From Nemertoderma westbladi (Eukaryota; Animalia; Xenacoelomorpha), in contig JAUCBJ010006254.1 in the NCBI GenBank assembly GCA_032718475.1, forward strand, positions 1-64,000: DNA of 64,000 bases, given 5' to 3'. A program made the translations under genes and the position numbers. The notes under the pieces were generated by a model. It worked only from the letters and a program-made list of their open reading frames with translations. It made no database searches and was not told the DNA's origin. This document shows positions 11,608-23,946 of the stretch, piece after piece (the stretch's first letter is position 1; each line of letters starts with the position of its first letter).

Positions 11608-13337
11608 CTAGAAAGGAATTTCCTAAAGGAAATGCAACCACGAAGCTAAGGAAAATTAAACAAACGGCCACACTTTGGTTCGTTGCTTAGCCTCGTTAAG
11701 TAGCAATTGTCAATAATTAACTTCTATTCCCATGGAAACTAGAGTTCTCTGGAACTGTTGCTTTAAGCTTTGAAAAAAAATTCAGTACAGATTGTGTTTC
11801 AGATAACACATATACTGAGTTTCAGAAAATATTGTAGTTTATGTCCAAATTACCGATTTTCTATCAAAATGCATCTGTTTGCAGTGGTTGTCATGGAAAC
11901 TGGAAAATAGAACAATGTAATTCGGATGCAGAATAAGTCATATAGTGGGGGTAGGGGTTAGTCCCAAGTCATAATACTATTAACTTGTGCTTCAAATTAT
12001 CATTTTATAAATTTTAACATCTGTTTAGACTTGTTGCTATGGTAACTGTATTTTCTAATTAACCTCAAACGGCTTGGATATGGATCTTATAGATGAGTTG
12101 CAAAACCCCAAGTTTATATATATTACAGTTTTGCTACAAATAGAGTTATCAATATAGATTTGAATGATATAGAGTTTAATAAAACTACAGTTACCATGGT
12201 AACTAAATTTCTGGAATAATTTAAGTTTCACTAAAAGTTCCAACTAGTGGTCCAGATAACACATACCCAGTTTTGTAAAATTTTATCGTGAAGTCTATGT
12301 CCAAATGAATAAGTTTTGAATAAAAACATCTGTTTTCAGCGGTTGTCACGGTAACTGAAAAATAGAACAATGTAATTCGAATGCAGAATAAGTTATATAG
12401 TGGGGGTAGGGGTTGGTCCCAAGTCATAATACTATTAACTTGTGCTTCAAATTATTATATTTTAAATTTTGACATCTGTTTAGTCTTGTTGCTATGGTAA
12501 CTAGATTGTGTAATTATTCTCGAACGGCTTCTATATGGACCTTATAGATGAGTTGCAATACCCCAAATTTATATATATTACATTATTTTGTAACAAATAG
12601 AGTATTGAATTTAGACTTGAATGATATAGACTTTAATAAACTCCAGTTACCATGGTACCTAGATATTTCTGGAATGTTTTGAGTTTCACTAAAAGTTCCA
12701 ACTAGTGCTCCAGTCCTGATAACACATACCCAGTTTCGTAAAATTTTATTGCGAAGTCTATGTCCAAATGAGCTAATTTTCTATAAAAACATCTGTTTTC
12801 AGCGGTTGTCATGGTAACTGCAAAATATAACAATCAAATTCGGACGCAGAATAAGTTATATAGTGGGGGTAGGGGTTGGTCCCAAGTCATCACACATTAA
12901 CCTTAGGCTTCAAATTAACATTTTATAAATTTTAACATCTGTTTAGCCCGGTTGCCAAGGTAACTGGATTTTCTATTTAACCTCAATCGGCTATGCTATG
13001 GACCTTATAGTTGAGTTGCGAAACCCCAAGTTTATATCTATTATAGTTTCCCTACAAATAGAGTTACAAATATTGACTTGAAATACATAGACTTTTTTCT
13101 ATGTCCGTTGCCATGGAAACCAGATTTTTCCTGGATATGAGACCCATCCCACACGACGCGCCTCGACGAATAGTATATACATGCAAAATTTCAGGGTACT
13201 TTTAAAGGCTAGTTTTTGCTGGACTTAAAAAAAACTAATCTGCCCCATACAAGTAAAATAGCCCACTATGAATAGACCATCTCAGCTAAGGAAAATCTTT
13301 CTTAGCGAAAGTAGTTGATTTTCCTTAGCTTCGTGGA
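11608..13337 (-). mobile_element. Helitron/Helentron-like element copy 2 (long variant, three internal units)
   Basis: Same termini as copy 1 in reverse orientation; 1730 bp. Confidence 0.9.
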
Positions 13338-13339
13338 TA

Positions 13340-14593
13340 CTAGAAAGGCATTTCCTAAAGGAAATGCAACCACGAAGCTAAGGAAAATTAAACAAAGGGC
13401 CACAATTTGGTTTGTTGCTTAGCCTAGTTTAGTAGCATTTGCCAATAAATAACTTATATTCCTATGGAAACTAGAGTTCTCTGGAACTGTTGGTTTTACC
13501 TTTGAAAAAAGATTCAGTCCAGATTGTGGTTCAGATAACATACCGAGTTTCAGAAAATATTGTAGTTTATGTCCAAATTACCGATTTTCTATCAAAATGC
13601 ATCTGTTTGCAGTGGTTGTCATGGAAACTGAAAAATAGAACAATGTAATTCGGATGCAGAATAAGTCATATAGTGGGAGTAGGTCTTGTTGCCAAGTCAT
13701 TATGCTACTAACTTGTGCTTCAAATTATCATTTTATAAATTTTAACATCTGTTTAGTCTTGTTACTATGGTAACTGGATTGTGTAATTAACCTCGAATGG
13801 CTTGTATATGGCCTTATAGATGTGTTGCAAAACCCCAAATTTGTATATATTACATTATTTTGCTACAAATAGAGTATTGAATGATATAGACTTTAATAAA
13901 CTACAGTTACCATGGTAACTAGGTATTTCTGGAATGTTTTGAGTTTCACTAAAAGTTCCAACTAGTGGTCCAGATAACACATACCCAGTTTTGTAAAATT
14001 TCATCGCGAAGTCTATGTCCAAATGAATAATTTTTATATAAAAACATCTGTTTTCAGCGGTTGTCATGGTAACTGCAAAATAGAACAATCAAATTCGGAC
14101 GCAGAATAAGTTATATAGTGGGGGTAGGGGTTGGTCCCAAGTCATCACACATTAACCTTAGGCTTCAAATTAACATTTTATAAATATTAACATCTGTTTA
14201 GCCCGGTTGCCAAGGTAACTGGATTTTCTATTTAACCTCAATCGACTCTGATATGAACCTTATAGTCGAGTTGAGAAACCCCAAGTTTATATCTGTTATA
14301 GTTTTCCTACAAATAGAGTTTTAAATATTGACTTGAAATACATACGACTTTTTTCTAAGTCCGTTGCCATGGAAACCAGATTTTTCCTGGATATGAGACC
14401 CATCCCACACGACGCGCCTTGATGAGTAGTATATACATGCAAATTTCAGGGTACTTTTAAAGGCTAGTTTTTGCTGGACTTAAAAAACACTAAATCTGCT
14501 CCATACAAGTAAAATAGCCCACTATGAATAGACCATCTCAGCTAAGGAAAATCTTTCTTAGCGAAAGTAGTTGATTTTCCTTAGCTTCGTGGA
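13340..14593 (-). mobile_element. Helitron/Helentron-like element copy 3
   Basis: ctagaaaggc...cttcgtgga, separated from copy 2 by only TA. Confidence 0.9.
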
Positions 14594-14619
14594 ACTTGTA
14601 AATCATAAGTTACCACCTA

Positions 14620-15886
14620 CGAGAAAGGCATTTCCTAAAGGAAATGCAACCACGAAGCTAAGGAAAATTAAACAAACGGCCACACTTTGGTTCGTTGCTT
14701 AGCCTCGTTTAGTAGCAATTGTCAATAATTAACTTCTATTCCCATGGAAACTAGAGTTCTCTGGAACTGTTGCTTTAACCTTTGAAAAAAAATTCAGTAC
14801 AGATTGTGGTTCAGATAACACATATACTGAGTTTCAGAAAATATTGTAGTTTATGTCCAGATTACCGATTTTCTATCAAATTGCATCTGTTTGCAGTGGT
14901 TGTCATGGAAACTGAAAAATAGAACAATGTAATTCGGATGCAGAATAAGTCATATTGTGGGGGTAGGGGTTAGTCCCAAGTCATAATACTATTAACTTGT
15001 GCTTCAGATTATCATTTTATAAATTTTAACATCTGTTTATACTTGTTGCTATGGTAACTGTATTTTCTAATTAACCTCAAACGGCTTGGATATGGATCCT
15101 ATAGATGAGTTGCAAAACCCCAAGTTTATATATATTACAGTTTTGCTACAAATAGAGTTATCAATATAGATTTGAATGATATAGAGTTTAATAAACTACA
15201 GTTACCATGGTAACTAAATTTCTGGAATAATTTAAGTTTCACTAAAAGTTCCAACTAGTGGTCCAGATAACACATACCCAGTTTTGTAAAATTTTATCGT
15301 GAAGTCTATGTCCAAATGAATAAGTTTTGAATAAAAACATCTGTTTTCAGCGGTTGTCATGGTAACTGAAAAATAGAACAATGTAATTCGGATGCAGAAT
15401 AAGTTATATAGTGGGGGTAGGGGTTGGTCCCAAGTCATAACACCTTGCCCTTAGGCCTCAAATTAACATTTTATAAATTTTAACATCTGTTTATCCCGGT
15501 TGCCTAGGTAACTGGATTTTCTATTTAGCCTCAATCGGATCTGCTATGGACCTTATAGTTGTGTTGCGAAACCCCAAGTTTATATCTATTATAGTTTTCC
15601 TACAAATAGAGTTATAAATATTAACTTGAAATACATAGACTTTTTTTGAAGTCCGTTGCCATGGAAACCAGATTTTTCCTGGATATGAGACCCGGCCCAG
15701 AAGATGCGTCTCGTTGAGTAGTACATACATGCAAAATTTCAGGGTACTTTTAAAGGCTAGTTTTTTCCCCGACCAAAAAAAACCAAATCTGCCCCATACA
15801 AGTAAAATAGCCCACTATGAATAGACCATCTCAGCTAAGGAAAATCTTTCTTAGCGAAAGTAGTTGATTTTCCTTAGCTTCGTGGA
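14620..15886 (-). mobile_element. Helitron/Helentron-like element copy 4
   Basis: cgagaaaggc...cttcgtgga (CTCG 3' end variant). Confidence 0.9.
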
Positions 15887-16079
15887 TTTCCCATTTTCCC
15901 CATGGCATGCTGAAGGCCCGTGATTGATTTACTTTGGGTAGAAATATGTAGTGAATGTGAGAATCATCTTATATTTTTTAACAAATGATTTTTCACTTAT
16001 CCGTTACCATAGTGGTGCAAGGGCGCTGTAATTATGACATTCTGACTCAAGACAAAATCTGAAAACGACTTATGACTTA

Positions 16080-17346
16080 CGAGAAAGGAATTTCCTAAAG
16101 GAAATGCAACCACGAAGCTAAGGAAAATTAAACAAACGGCCACACTTTGGTTCGTTGCTTAGCCTCGTTTAGTAGCATTTGTCAATAATTAACTTCTATT
16201 CCCATGGAAACTAGTGTTCTCTGGAACTGTTGGTTTAACCTTTGAAAAAAAAATCAGTACAGATTGTGGTTCAGATAACACATATACTGAGTTTCAGAAA
16301 ATATTGTAGTTTATGTCCAAATTACCGATTTTCTATCAAAATGCATCTGTTTGCAGTGGTTGTCTTGGAAACTGAAAAATAGAACAATGTAATTGGGATG
16401 CAGAATAAGTCATATAGTGGGGGTAGGGGTTAATCCCAAGTCATAATACTATTAACTTGTGCTTCAAATTATCATTTTATAAATTTTAACATCTGTTTAG
16501 ACTTGTTGCTATGGTAACTGTATTTTCTAATTAACCTCAAACGGCTTGGATATGGATCTTATAGATGAGTTGCAAAACCCCAAGTTTATATATATTACAG
16601 TTTTGCTACAAATAGAGTTATCAATATAGACTTGAATGATATAGAGTTTAATAAACTACAGTTACCATGGTAACTAAATTTCTGGAATAATTTAAGTTTC
16701 ACTAAAAGTTCCAACTAGTGGTCCAGATAACACGTACCCAGTTTTGTAAAATTTCATCGTGAAGTCTATGTCCAAATGAATAATTTTTGTATAAAAACAT
16801 CTGTTTTCTGCGGTTGTCATGGTAACTGAAAAATAGAACAATGTAATTCGGATGCAGAATAAGTTATATAGTGGGGGTAGGGGTTGGTCCCAAGTCATAA
16901 CACCTTGCCCTTAGGCCTCAAATTAACATTTTATAAATTTTAACATCTGTTTATCCCGGTTGCCAAGGTAACTGGATTTTCTATTTAGCCTCAATCGGAT
17001 CTACTATGGACCTTATAGTTGTGTTGCGAAACCCCAAGTTTATATCTATTATAGTTTTCCTACAAATAGAGTTATAAATATTGACTTGAAATACATAGAC
17101 TTTTTTTGAAGTCCGTTGCCATGGAAACCAGATTTTTCCTGGATATGAGACCCGGCCCAAAAGATGCGCCTCGCCGAGTAGTATATACATGCAAAATTTC
17201 AGGGTACTTTTAAAGGCTTGTTTTTTCCGGAATCAAAAAAAACCAAATCTGCTCCATACAAGTAAAATAGCCCACTATGAATAGACCATCTCAGCTAAGG
17301 AAAATCTTTCTTAGCGAAAGTAGTTGATTTTCCTTAGCTTCGTGGA
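16080..17346 (-). mobile_element. Helitron/Helentron-like element copy 5
   Basis: cgagaaagga...cttcgtgga (CTCG 3' end variant). Confidence 0.9.
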
Positions 17347-17443
17347 CCAGTGGAGCACGGGCCTAATGCATTTCATAAAATATCTTAAGAATGACAAAAG
17401 GTTCAACATGTAAATTAAGCCGGTTGTAAATGGTATATTAATA

Positions 17444-18711
17444 CTAGAAAGGCATTTCCTGAAGGAAATGCAACCACGAAGCTAAGGAAAATTAAACAAA
17501 GGGCCACAATTATGGTTTGTTGCTTAGCCTAGTTTAGTAGCATTTGCCAATAAATAACTTATATTCCTATGGAAACTAGAATTCTCTGGAACTGTTGGTT
17601 TTACCTTTGAAAAAAGATTCAGTCCAGATTGTGGTTCAGATAACACATACCAAGTTTCAGAAAATATTGTAGTTTATGTCCAAATTACCGATTTTCTATC
17701 AAAATGCATCTGTTTGCAGTGGTTGTCATGGAAACTGAAAAATAGAACAATGTAATTCGGATGCAGAATAAGTCATATAATGGGGGTAGGTCTTGGTCCC
17801 AAGTCATAATACTATTAACTTGTGCTTCAAATAATCATTTTATAAATTTTAACATTTGTTTAGTCTTGTTGCTATGGTAACTGGATTTTCTAATTAACCT
17901 CGAACGGCTTGGATATGGACCTTATATATTAGTTGCAAAACCCCAAGTTTATATATATTACAGTTTTGCTACAAATAGTGTATTGAATTTAGACTTGAAT
18001 GATATAGACTTTAATAAACTCCAGTTACCATGGTAACAAGATATTTCTGGAATGATTTGAGTTTCACTAAAAGTTCCAACTAGTGGTCCAGATAACACAT
18101 ACCCAGTTTTGTAAAATTTTATCGCGAATTCTATGTCCAAATGAATAATTTTTGTATAAAAACATCTGTTTTCTGCGGTTGTCATGGTAACTGAAAAATA
18201 TAACAATGTAATTCGGATGCAGAATAAGTTATATAGTGGGGGTAGGGGTTGGTCCCAAGTCATAACAACTTGCCCTTAGGCTTCAAATTATCATTTTGTA
18301 AATTTTAACATCTGTTTAGCCCGGTTGCCAAGGTAACTGGATTTTCTATTTAGCCTCAATCGGATCTGCTATTGACCTTATAGTTGTGTTGCGAAACCCC
18401 AAGTTTATATCTATTATAGTTTTCCTACAAATAGAGTTATAAATATTGACTTGAAATACATATACTTTTTTTGAAGTCCGTTGCCATGGAAACCAGATTT
18501 TTCCTGGATATGAGACCCGGCCCAAAAGATGCGCCTCGTCGAGTAGTATATACATGGAAAATTTCAGGGTACTTTTAAAGGCTAGTTTTTTCACCGGTCA
18601 AAAAAAACCAAATCTGCCTCATACAAGTAAAATAGCCCACTATGAATAGACCATCTCAGCTAAGGAAAATCTTTCTTAGCGAAAGTAGTTGATTTTCCTT
18701 AGCTTCGTGGA
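17444..18711 (-). mobile_element. Helitron/Helentron-like element copy 6
   Basis: ctagaaaggc...cttcgtgga. Confidence 0.9.
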
Positions 18712-18827
18712 CTATAGTAGGTGATGTAACAGAATCGCGTCAGCAGATGATAGTGGCAATGGTGGAATTGGTCTATTGATGAATCCAACTGCACATGCAG
18801 CATTGGACAAAATAGACCAAATCTCTA

Positions 18828-20098
18828 CTAGAAAGGCATTTCCTAAAGGAAATGCAACCACGAAGCTAAGGAAAATTAAACAAACGGCCACAATTTGGTT
18901 CGTTGCTTAGCCTAGTTTAGTAGCATTTGCCAATAAATAACTTCTATTCCCATGGAAACTAGAGTTCTCTGGAACTGTTGGTTTTACCTTTGAAAAAAGA
19001 TTCAGTCCAGATTGTTTTTCAGATAACACATCGAGTTTCAGAAAATATTGTAGTTTATGTCCAAATTACAGATTTTCTATCAAAATGCATCTGTTTGCAG
19101 TGGTTGTCATGGAAACTGAAAAATACAACAATGTAATTCGGATGCAGAATAAGTCATTTAGTGGGGGTAGGTGTTGGTCCCAAGTCATAATACTATTAAA
19201 TTGTGCTTCAAATTATCATTTTATTAATTTTAACATCTGTTTACTCTTGTTGCTATGGTAAATGGATTTTCTAATTAACTTCGAACGGCTTGTATATGGA
19301 TGGACCTTATAGATGAGTTGCAAAACCCCAAGTTTATATATATTACAGTTTTTCTCCAAATAGAGTTATGATTATAGACTTGAATGATATATAACTTTAA
19401 AAAAACTACAGTTACCATGGTAACTAGATATTTCTGGAATGTTTTGAGTTTCACTAAAAGTTCCAACTAGTGGTCCAGATAACACATACCTAGTTTCGTA
19501 AAATTTTATCGTGAAGTCTATGTACAAATGAATAATTTTCGTATAAAAACATCTGTTTTCAGCGGTTGTCAAGGTAACTGCAAAATAGAACAATCAAATT
19601 CGGACGCAGAATAAGTTATATAGTGGGGGTAGGGATTGGTCCCAAGTCATCACACCTTAACCTTAGGCTTCAAATTAACATTTTAAAAATTTTAACATCT
19701 GTTTAGCCCGGTTGCCAAGGTAACTGGATTTTCTATTTAACCTCAATCGGCTCTGCTATGGACCTTATAGTTGTGTTGAGAAACCCCAAGTTTATATGTA
19801 TTATAGTTTTCCTACAAATAGAGTTACAAATATTGACTTGAAATACATAGACTTTTTTCTAAGTCCGTTGCCATGGAAACCAGATTTTTCCTGGAGATGA
19901 GACCCATCCCACACGACGCGCCTTGATGAGTTGTATATACATGCAAAATTTCAGGGTACTTTTAAAGGCTAGTTTTTTCCCCGACCAAAAAACACTAAAT
20001 CTGCCTCACACAAGTAAAATAGCCCACTATGAATAGACCATCTCAGCTAAGGAAAATCTTTCTTAGCGAAAGTAGTTGATTTTCCTTAGCTTCGTGGA
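18828..20098 (-). mobile_element. Helitron/Helentron-like element copy 7, nested in the LINE endonuclease domain
   Basis: Nearly identical to copy 1. Removing it restores the LINE frame ...DKIDQIS-N-RIIRCHF.... Confidence 0.92.
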
Positions 20099-20157
20099 AC
20101 CGCATCATCCGTTGCCACTTCTCATGTTCTGGAAGACTGGCTAAGAAGTTTCCTAAG

Positions 20158-22779
20158 GTGGTTCTGATTGTGTGCTACTCTCCAACTAGTGTTGCCCCTG
20201 TAGAGGAGGTGGAAAATTTCTACCACAATCTACAAGCAGCTACTGATGGAGTGGATCAGCATGCATTCTTAACATTCCTGGGAGACTTTAATGCAAGTCT
20301 GCATCAATCACCGACATCACCCTGGGTCTATAGCAATAGTGTTAACCGAAATTCTGTCCATCTTCAGGATTTTATCTCTGGAAATGGATTGTTTTCGGCT
20401 GGAACCCAGTTCAAGAAGCGAACTGGAAAGCTATGGACTCATAGTGGACCCAGTGGTCACAAGTCCCAGATAGACCATATTCTGTTTCGTAGGAAATACA
20501 GGAGCTCTATACAAGACTGTAATGCATTTACACTTCGACCCTTCTCCAGTGATCACCGCCTTATTGTGGCCAAGGTAAGACTTAGTCTGCGTGCTAGCAG
20601 AACAACGAAATCTGCCTTGCCACGGCATGACTGGTCCTCTCTGTTGCAACAGCCAAGTGTGAGATCCAGCTTCACACTACAGCTGAGCAACAGGTATGAG
20701 GCTCTTGCCTCTGAGGCGGCAGATCACTGTGAGGGCTATACTGCCTTTACAGAAGCAGTTAAGTTAGCAGCTGCAGAAACAGTTCCTGTATACCCTCGAA
20801 ACAGGAAAAGGGCCCCCTGGACTGACAACAAAATTCAGAAGTGCCGAAATGACCTTCATAAGGCGCAGAAAGAGTCCCGACTCAAACAGACTACAGCGGC
20901 CAAGAATGCAGTTAAAGCTGCATCTAGGTCCCTGAACAGGCAGTACTCTGTTAATCTACAGGAGCTAATAAACCAACAGGTTGATGCCATCAATGATGCT
21001 GACGACAGCAGGCAATCATCCCAGGCATGGAAATCGATCAATCTGCTTACTGGGCGGAAAAGCCAACCAACCACCAAGGTTAAGGCTGAATCACCAGCAA
21101 TAGCATGCATGGATCGCCGCAATGGTTGGAAAGCCCACTTTGAAAAGCTCCTCAATAATGACAGGGTATTGCCTGATAACTTTATAGAAGTAAAAGTGTC
21201 TGAGTCTGTACTCCCAGATATTCCCATTGGCGATATCTCCTTTGCAGAAGTGAATGCTGCTGCAAAGAGCATTAAGACCAATCGTGCCAGTGGAGTAGAT
21301 GGTGTTCCCCCTGAGGTCTTTAAAATACCTGAGTGTTTAAAGCTCATCTATCCCTTCATAGTAGACATGTACCGTACAACAAGAGTCCCACAAGAAATGA
21401 AAACAAATAAGTTGGTGCCAGTTCCCAAGAAAGGCAACCTAACACTCTATGGTTCTTTTCGGGGAATCTCATTGATCTCGATTGCTGCAAAACTATACAA
21501 TAGAATTCTATTAAATCGCATCAGGGATCCCATTGAGAGACTGCTACGTGGAAATCAGAATGGGTTCCGTAAAGGTCGTGGGACCATGGAGCCCATTTTG
21601 GCACTTAGAAGGATAATTGAAGAGTTATCAAAAAAGAAAGACAGGCATCTGGCTGTTATCTTTGTTGACTTCTTCAAGGCCTTTGATTCAGTCTCTCGCT
21701 CACGTATGTTCAGCATACTTTCATTATATGGGATTCCTGATGAAATTATTGCAGCAATCAGATCAGTATACGATGGTTCAACAACATTTGTGTCTACTGT
21801 TGACGGTGACACAGAACCATTTGAAGTGTTATGGGGCGTCCTCCAAGGAGACACACTTGCACCATTCTTGTTCATTATTGTGGTTGACTATGTTCTACGC
21901 ATGTCCTTAGATCATCATAATGATGATGGGGTGATGATAACTCCACCTACTGGCTCCAGAAGTCGAGGAAATCCTGCCAAGTACCTAACTGATCTAGACT
22001 TTGCTGATGACTTAGGAGTACTCTCAGAATCATTAGAGGGAGCCCAGCGGCTCCTCAGCTCATTAGAACATGCTGCTTCTAGTGTTGGTCTTTTTATTAA
22101 CTCCAGAAAGACCAAAATTCTGACTGTTAACTTTGAAAGTCCTCAGCAAGTCTCTGATCGGATGAGCATAAGCTCAAAGGATGGTATGCTTGAGCATGTG
22201 GACGACTTCTGTTACCTGGGATCATGGATCCGGAAGTCAGGTGAGGACCTTCGAATACGTAAGGGAAAGGCATGGGCAGCCTTGAATAGGCTTTCCAGGA
22301 TTTGGAAGTCACCTAGAATTAATCGGAAACTTAAGGTCCGATTATTTAGAGCAGCAGTAGTTCCAGTACTCCTCTACGGGAGTCCATGCTGGGCTCTAAC
22401 TGCTGAGGACACCAAATCTCTGGATGGCACATTCACAAGAATGCTACGCCGGGTACATTGTGTCAAGTACAATGCACACATCTCCAACCAGACACTATAT
22501 AACATTGGAGGTGTCTCATTGGTTCCCCCAAGCTTGACACTAGAACAAAATCGGCTCCGCTTTGCAGGACATTGCTTTCGCCGTGAGGACCAGCCAGTGC
22601 ATAATCTTGTACTTTGGCAGCCTCATGGAGTGAATAAGCATGGTGGACAACCCATGACTTTCTTGAGACGCATCTTAAAGGACACTGGCCTTGAAGATGC
22701 GGATGATCTAGCAAATGTCATGGGTGATAGGGAGTTGTGGCGGTGCGATTTTGTCGATAAGCCGGCACAGCATTCTTAA
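20158..22779 (+). CDS. LINE ORF2 (C-terminal part of AP endonuclease + reverse transcriptase), N-terminally disrupted
   Basis: APE motifs GDFNA, QIDHIL, SDH; RT motifs QNGFR, FVDFFKAFDSV, GVLQGDTLAP, DFADDL, YLGS; RTE-like C-terminus RLRFAGHCFR. Confidence 0.93.
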   Translation: MVLIVCYSPTSVAPVEEVENFYHNLQAATDGVDQHAFLTFLGDFNASLHQSPTSPWVYSNSVNRNSVHLQDFISGNGLFSAGTQFKKRTGKLWTHSGPSGHKSQIDHILFRRKYRSSIQDCNAFTLRPFSSDHRLIVAKVRLSLRASRTTKSALPRHDWSSLLQQPSVRSSFTLQLSNRYEALASEAADHCEGYTAFTEAVKLAAAETVPVYPRNRKRAPWTDNKIQKCRNDLHKAQKESRLKQTTAAKNAVKAASRSLNRQYSVNLQELINQQVDAINDADDSRQSSQAWKSINLLTGRKSQPTTKVKAESPAIACMDRRNGWKAHFEKLLNNDRVLPDNFIEVKVSESVLPDIPIGDISFAEVNAAAKSIKTNRASGVDGVPPEVFKIPECLKLIYPFIVDMYRTTRVPQEMKTNKLVPVPKKGNLTLYGSFRGISLISIAAKLYNRILLNRIRDPIERLLRGNQNGFRKGRGTMEPILALRRIIEELSKKKDRHLAVIFVDFFKAFDSVSRSRMFSILSLYGIPDEIIAAIRSVYDGSTTFVSTVDGDTEPFEVLWGVLQGDTLAPFLFIIVVDYVLRMSLDHHNDDGVMITPPTGSRSRGNPAKYLTDLDFADDLGVLSESLEGAQRLLSSLEHAASSVGLFINSRKTKILTVNFESPQQVSDRMSISSKDGMLEHVDDFCYLGSWIRKSGEDLRIRKGKAWAALNRLSRIWKSPRINRKLKVRLFRAAVVPVLLYGSPCWALTAEDTKSLDGTFTRMLRRVHCVKYNAHISNQTLYNIGGVSLVPPSLTLEQNRLRFAGHCFRREDQPVHNLVLWQPHGVNKHGGQPMTFLRRILKDTGLEDADDLANVMGDRELWRCDFVDKPAQHS

Positions 22780-22945
22780 AAATGCAGCTGCAATGCAGCA
22801 TGCCGATCCTAGTAGTAGTAGTAGTAGTAGATGTAACAGAATATGGTGGGACAATTTTTTTGGAAATGTGTTGCTTACCCATCAAGACTGAATTCACTTT
22901 AAAAAACGGGGATGCAATTAATTTTCCCTCGTTACAGGTCAGTTA

Positions 22946-23128
22946 GGTTCCACCTTGGTGAAGTGGTTTCATTGAACCATCGTCATTCAGGAGGTCGTGG
23001 GTTCAATCCCCGCATGGACCGGGGCACTTTTCGTTTCGGCACGAATGCTTTGCAGGGACAAGCCAGGGCGCATCTCTACCTTGCATCCTTAAATGGTAGC
23101 TCTAACGGCCGAAGAAAACTTTAGTTTA
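22946..23128 (+). mobile_element. tRNA-derived SINE (internally deleted copy)
   Basis: A box tggtgaagtgg (22956), B box ggttcaatccc (23000). The body ccttgcatccttaaat...taacggccgaag and ttta-type tail are shared with 62870-63056. Confidence 0.75.
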
Positions 23129-23632
23129 GGCCTTCTTCTTTTGTTTTTTTACAAGTCTTGAAATTAAGTATCTTAAACTAATTGGTAAGTATATGTTAAA
23201 ACAAATATAAATTTTGATAATAATTTAACAAACTAATTGCAACGATCAAACTATTTAGGTACCTGGTAATTCCGGCCGGAATTGACCCCATTCTGGCAAT
23301 TCCTGTCGGAACCGCAATCGTGCAAAAATCGCCGCAATTCCGGCCGGAACGGAATTCCGGGACATCCCTAATAGAGACTTCCATCTCTTTGACAGTACTG
23401 CAGAAAGTCTCTGTGGAATAAACAGCTTGAAACACTGCGAAAAATCCCTGTTCGGTCAAAATGGCTCACGTACGTTTATTAATATAATTAGTATAGGGTA
23501 CTTAACGTACTTGTACTCTATGTAATTTTTCTCGCTACTTTAGGGAGAATGAATTAATTTTTCTCGCTATTGTTAGGAAGAATTTATTAATATTTTCTAA
23601 ATAAATAGAGTTGAGCTGTTAAGGCAACTGTA

Positions 23633-23946
23633 ATTAAAGATGTAATATTATGGTTTTGTTCAGAAATGGAAAAAATGAGAAATCGCGTCACCGGGGGTTG
23701 AACCAGCGCTCTACGTACGTTTCAGCCTATCAGGACTCATCAGTAGCGCTAACCAGTTCAGCCACTTGTCCCTGACATTCACTATCCCACCTCATCCACT
23801 TCTATTGAACAGGCAGTCTTAAGTTGCATATCCTATCTCTAACAGCGGACCTACCGGCCTCAAGTATGTATAGCGGTCGTTCAAGCTTGACGCGCTTTTC
23901 TCATTTTTTCCATTTCTGAACAAAACCATAATATTACATCTTTAAT
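23633..23946. mobile_element. Small element with ~58-bp terminal inverted repeats (possible Penelope-like/retrozyme-derived unit)
   Basis: attaaagatgtaatattatggttttgttcagaaatggaaaaaatgagaa...cgcgtca (23633-23690) is inverted at 23888-23946. Confidence 0.75.
23670..23772 (-). ncRNA. tRNA-like Pol III unit containing a minimal (degenerate) hammerhead ribozyme
   Basis: Minus strand: A box tggctgaactgg, then agcgcta-CTGATGA-gtcctgataggct-GAAAC-gtac-GTA-gagcgct, B box ggttcaaccc and a T6 terminator. Confidence 0.65.

Larger units (their letters stand above)
18736..22829 (+). mobile_element. 5'-truncated RTE-clade non-LTR retrotransposon, interrupted by Helitron-like copy 7
   Basis: 13-bp TSD gatgtaacagaat at 18723-18735 and 22830-22842, (TAG)n tail, very short 3' UTR, APE-RT ORF. 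Confidence 0.92.

Noticed and set aside
6073-19593. Recurrent short ORFs (MTWDQPLPP..., MFYFAVT..., MELLVKLK...)
   Set aside because: Chance frames in copies of the non-autonomous element, with variable stops and no recognisable domain.
11608-20098. CRISPR-like repeat-spacer array
   Set aside because: Repeats are ~1.3-kb transposons, spacers vary from 2 to 193 bp, one spacer is LINE sequence, the context is eukaryotic and no cas genes are present.
22946-23022. Functional tRNA gene
   Set aside because: The anticodon arm is irregular and the unit continues into a body shared with 62870-63056, so it is a SINE head.
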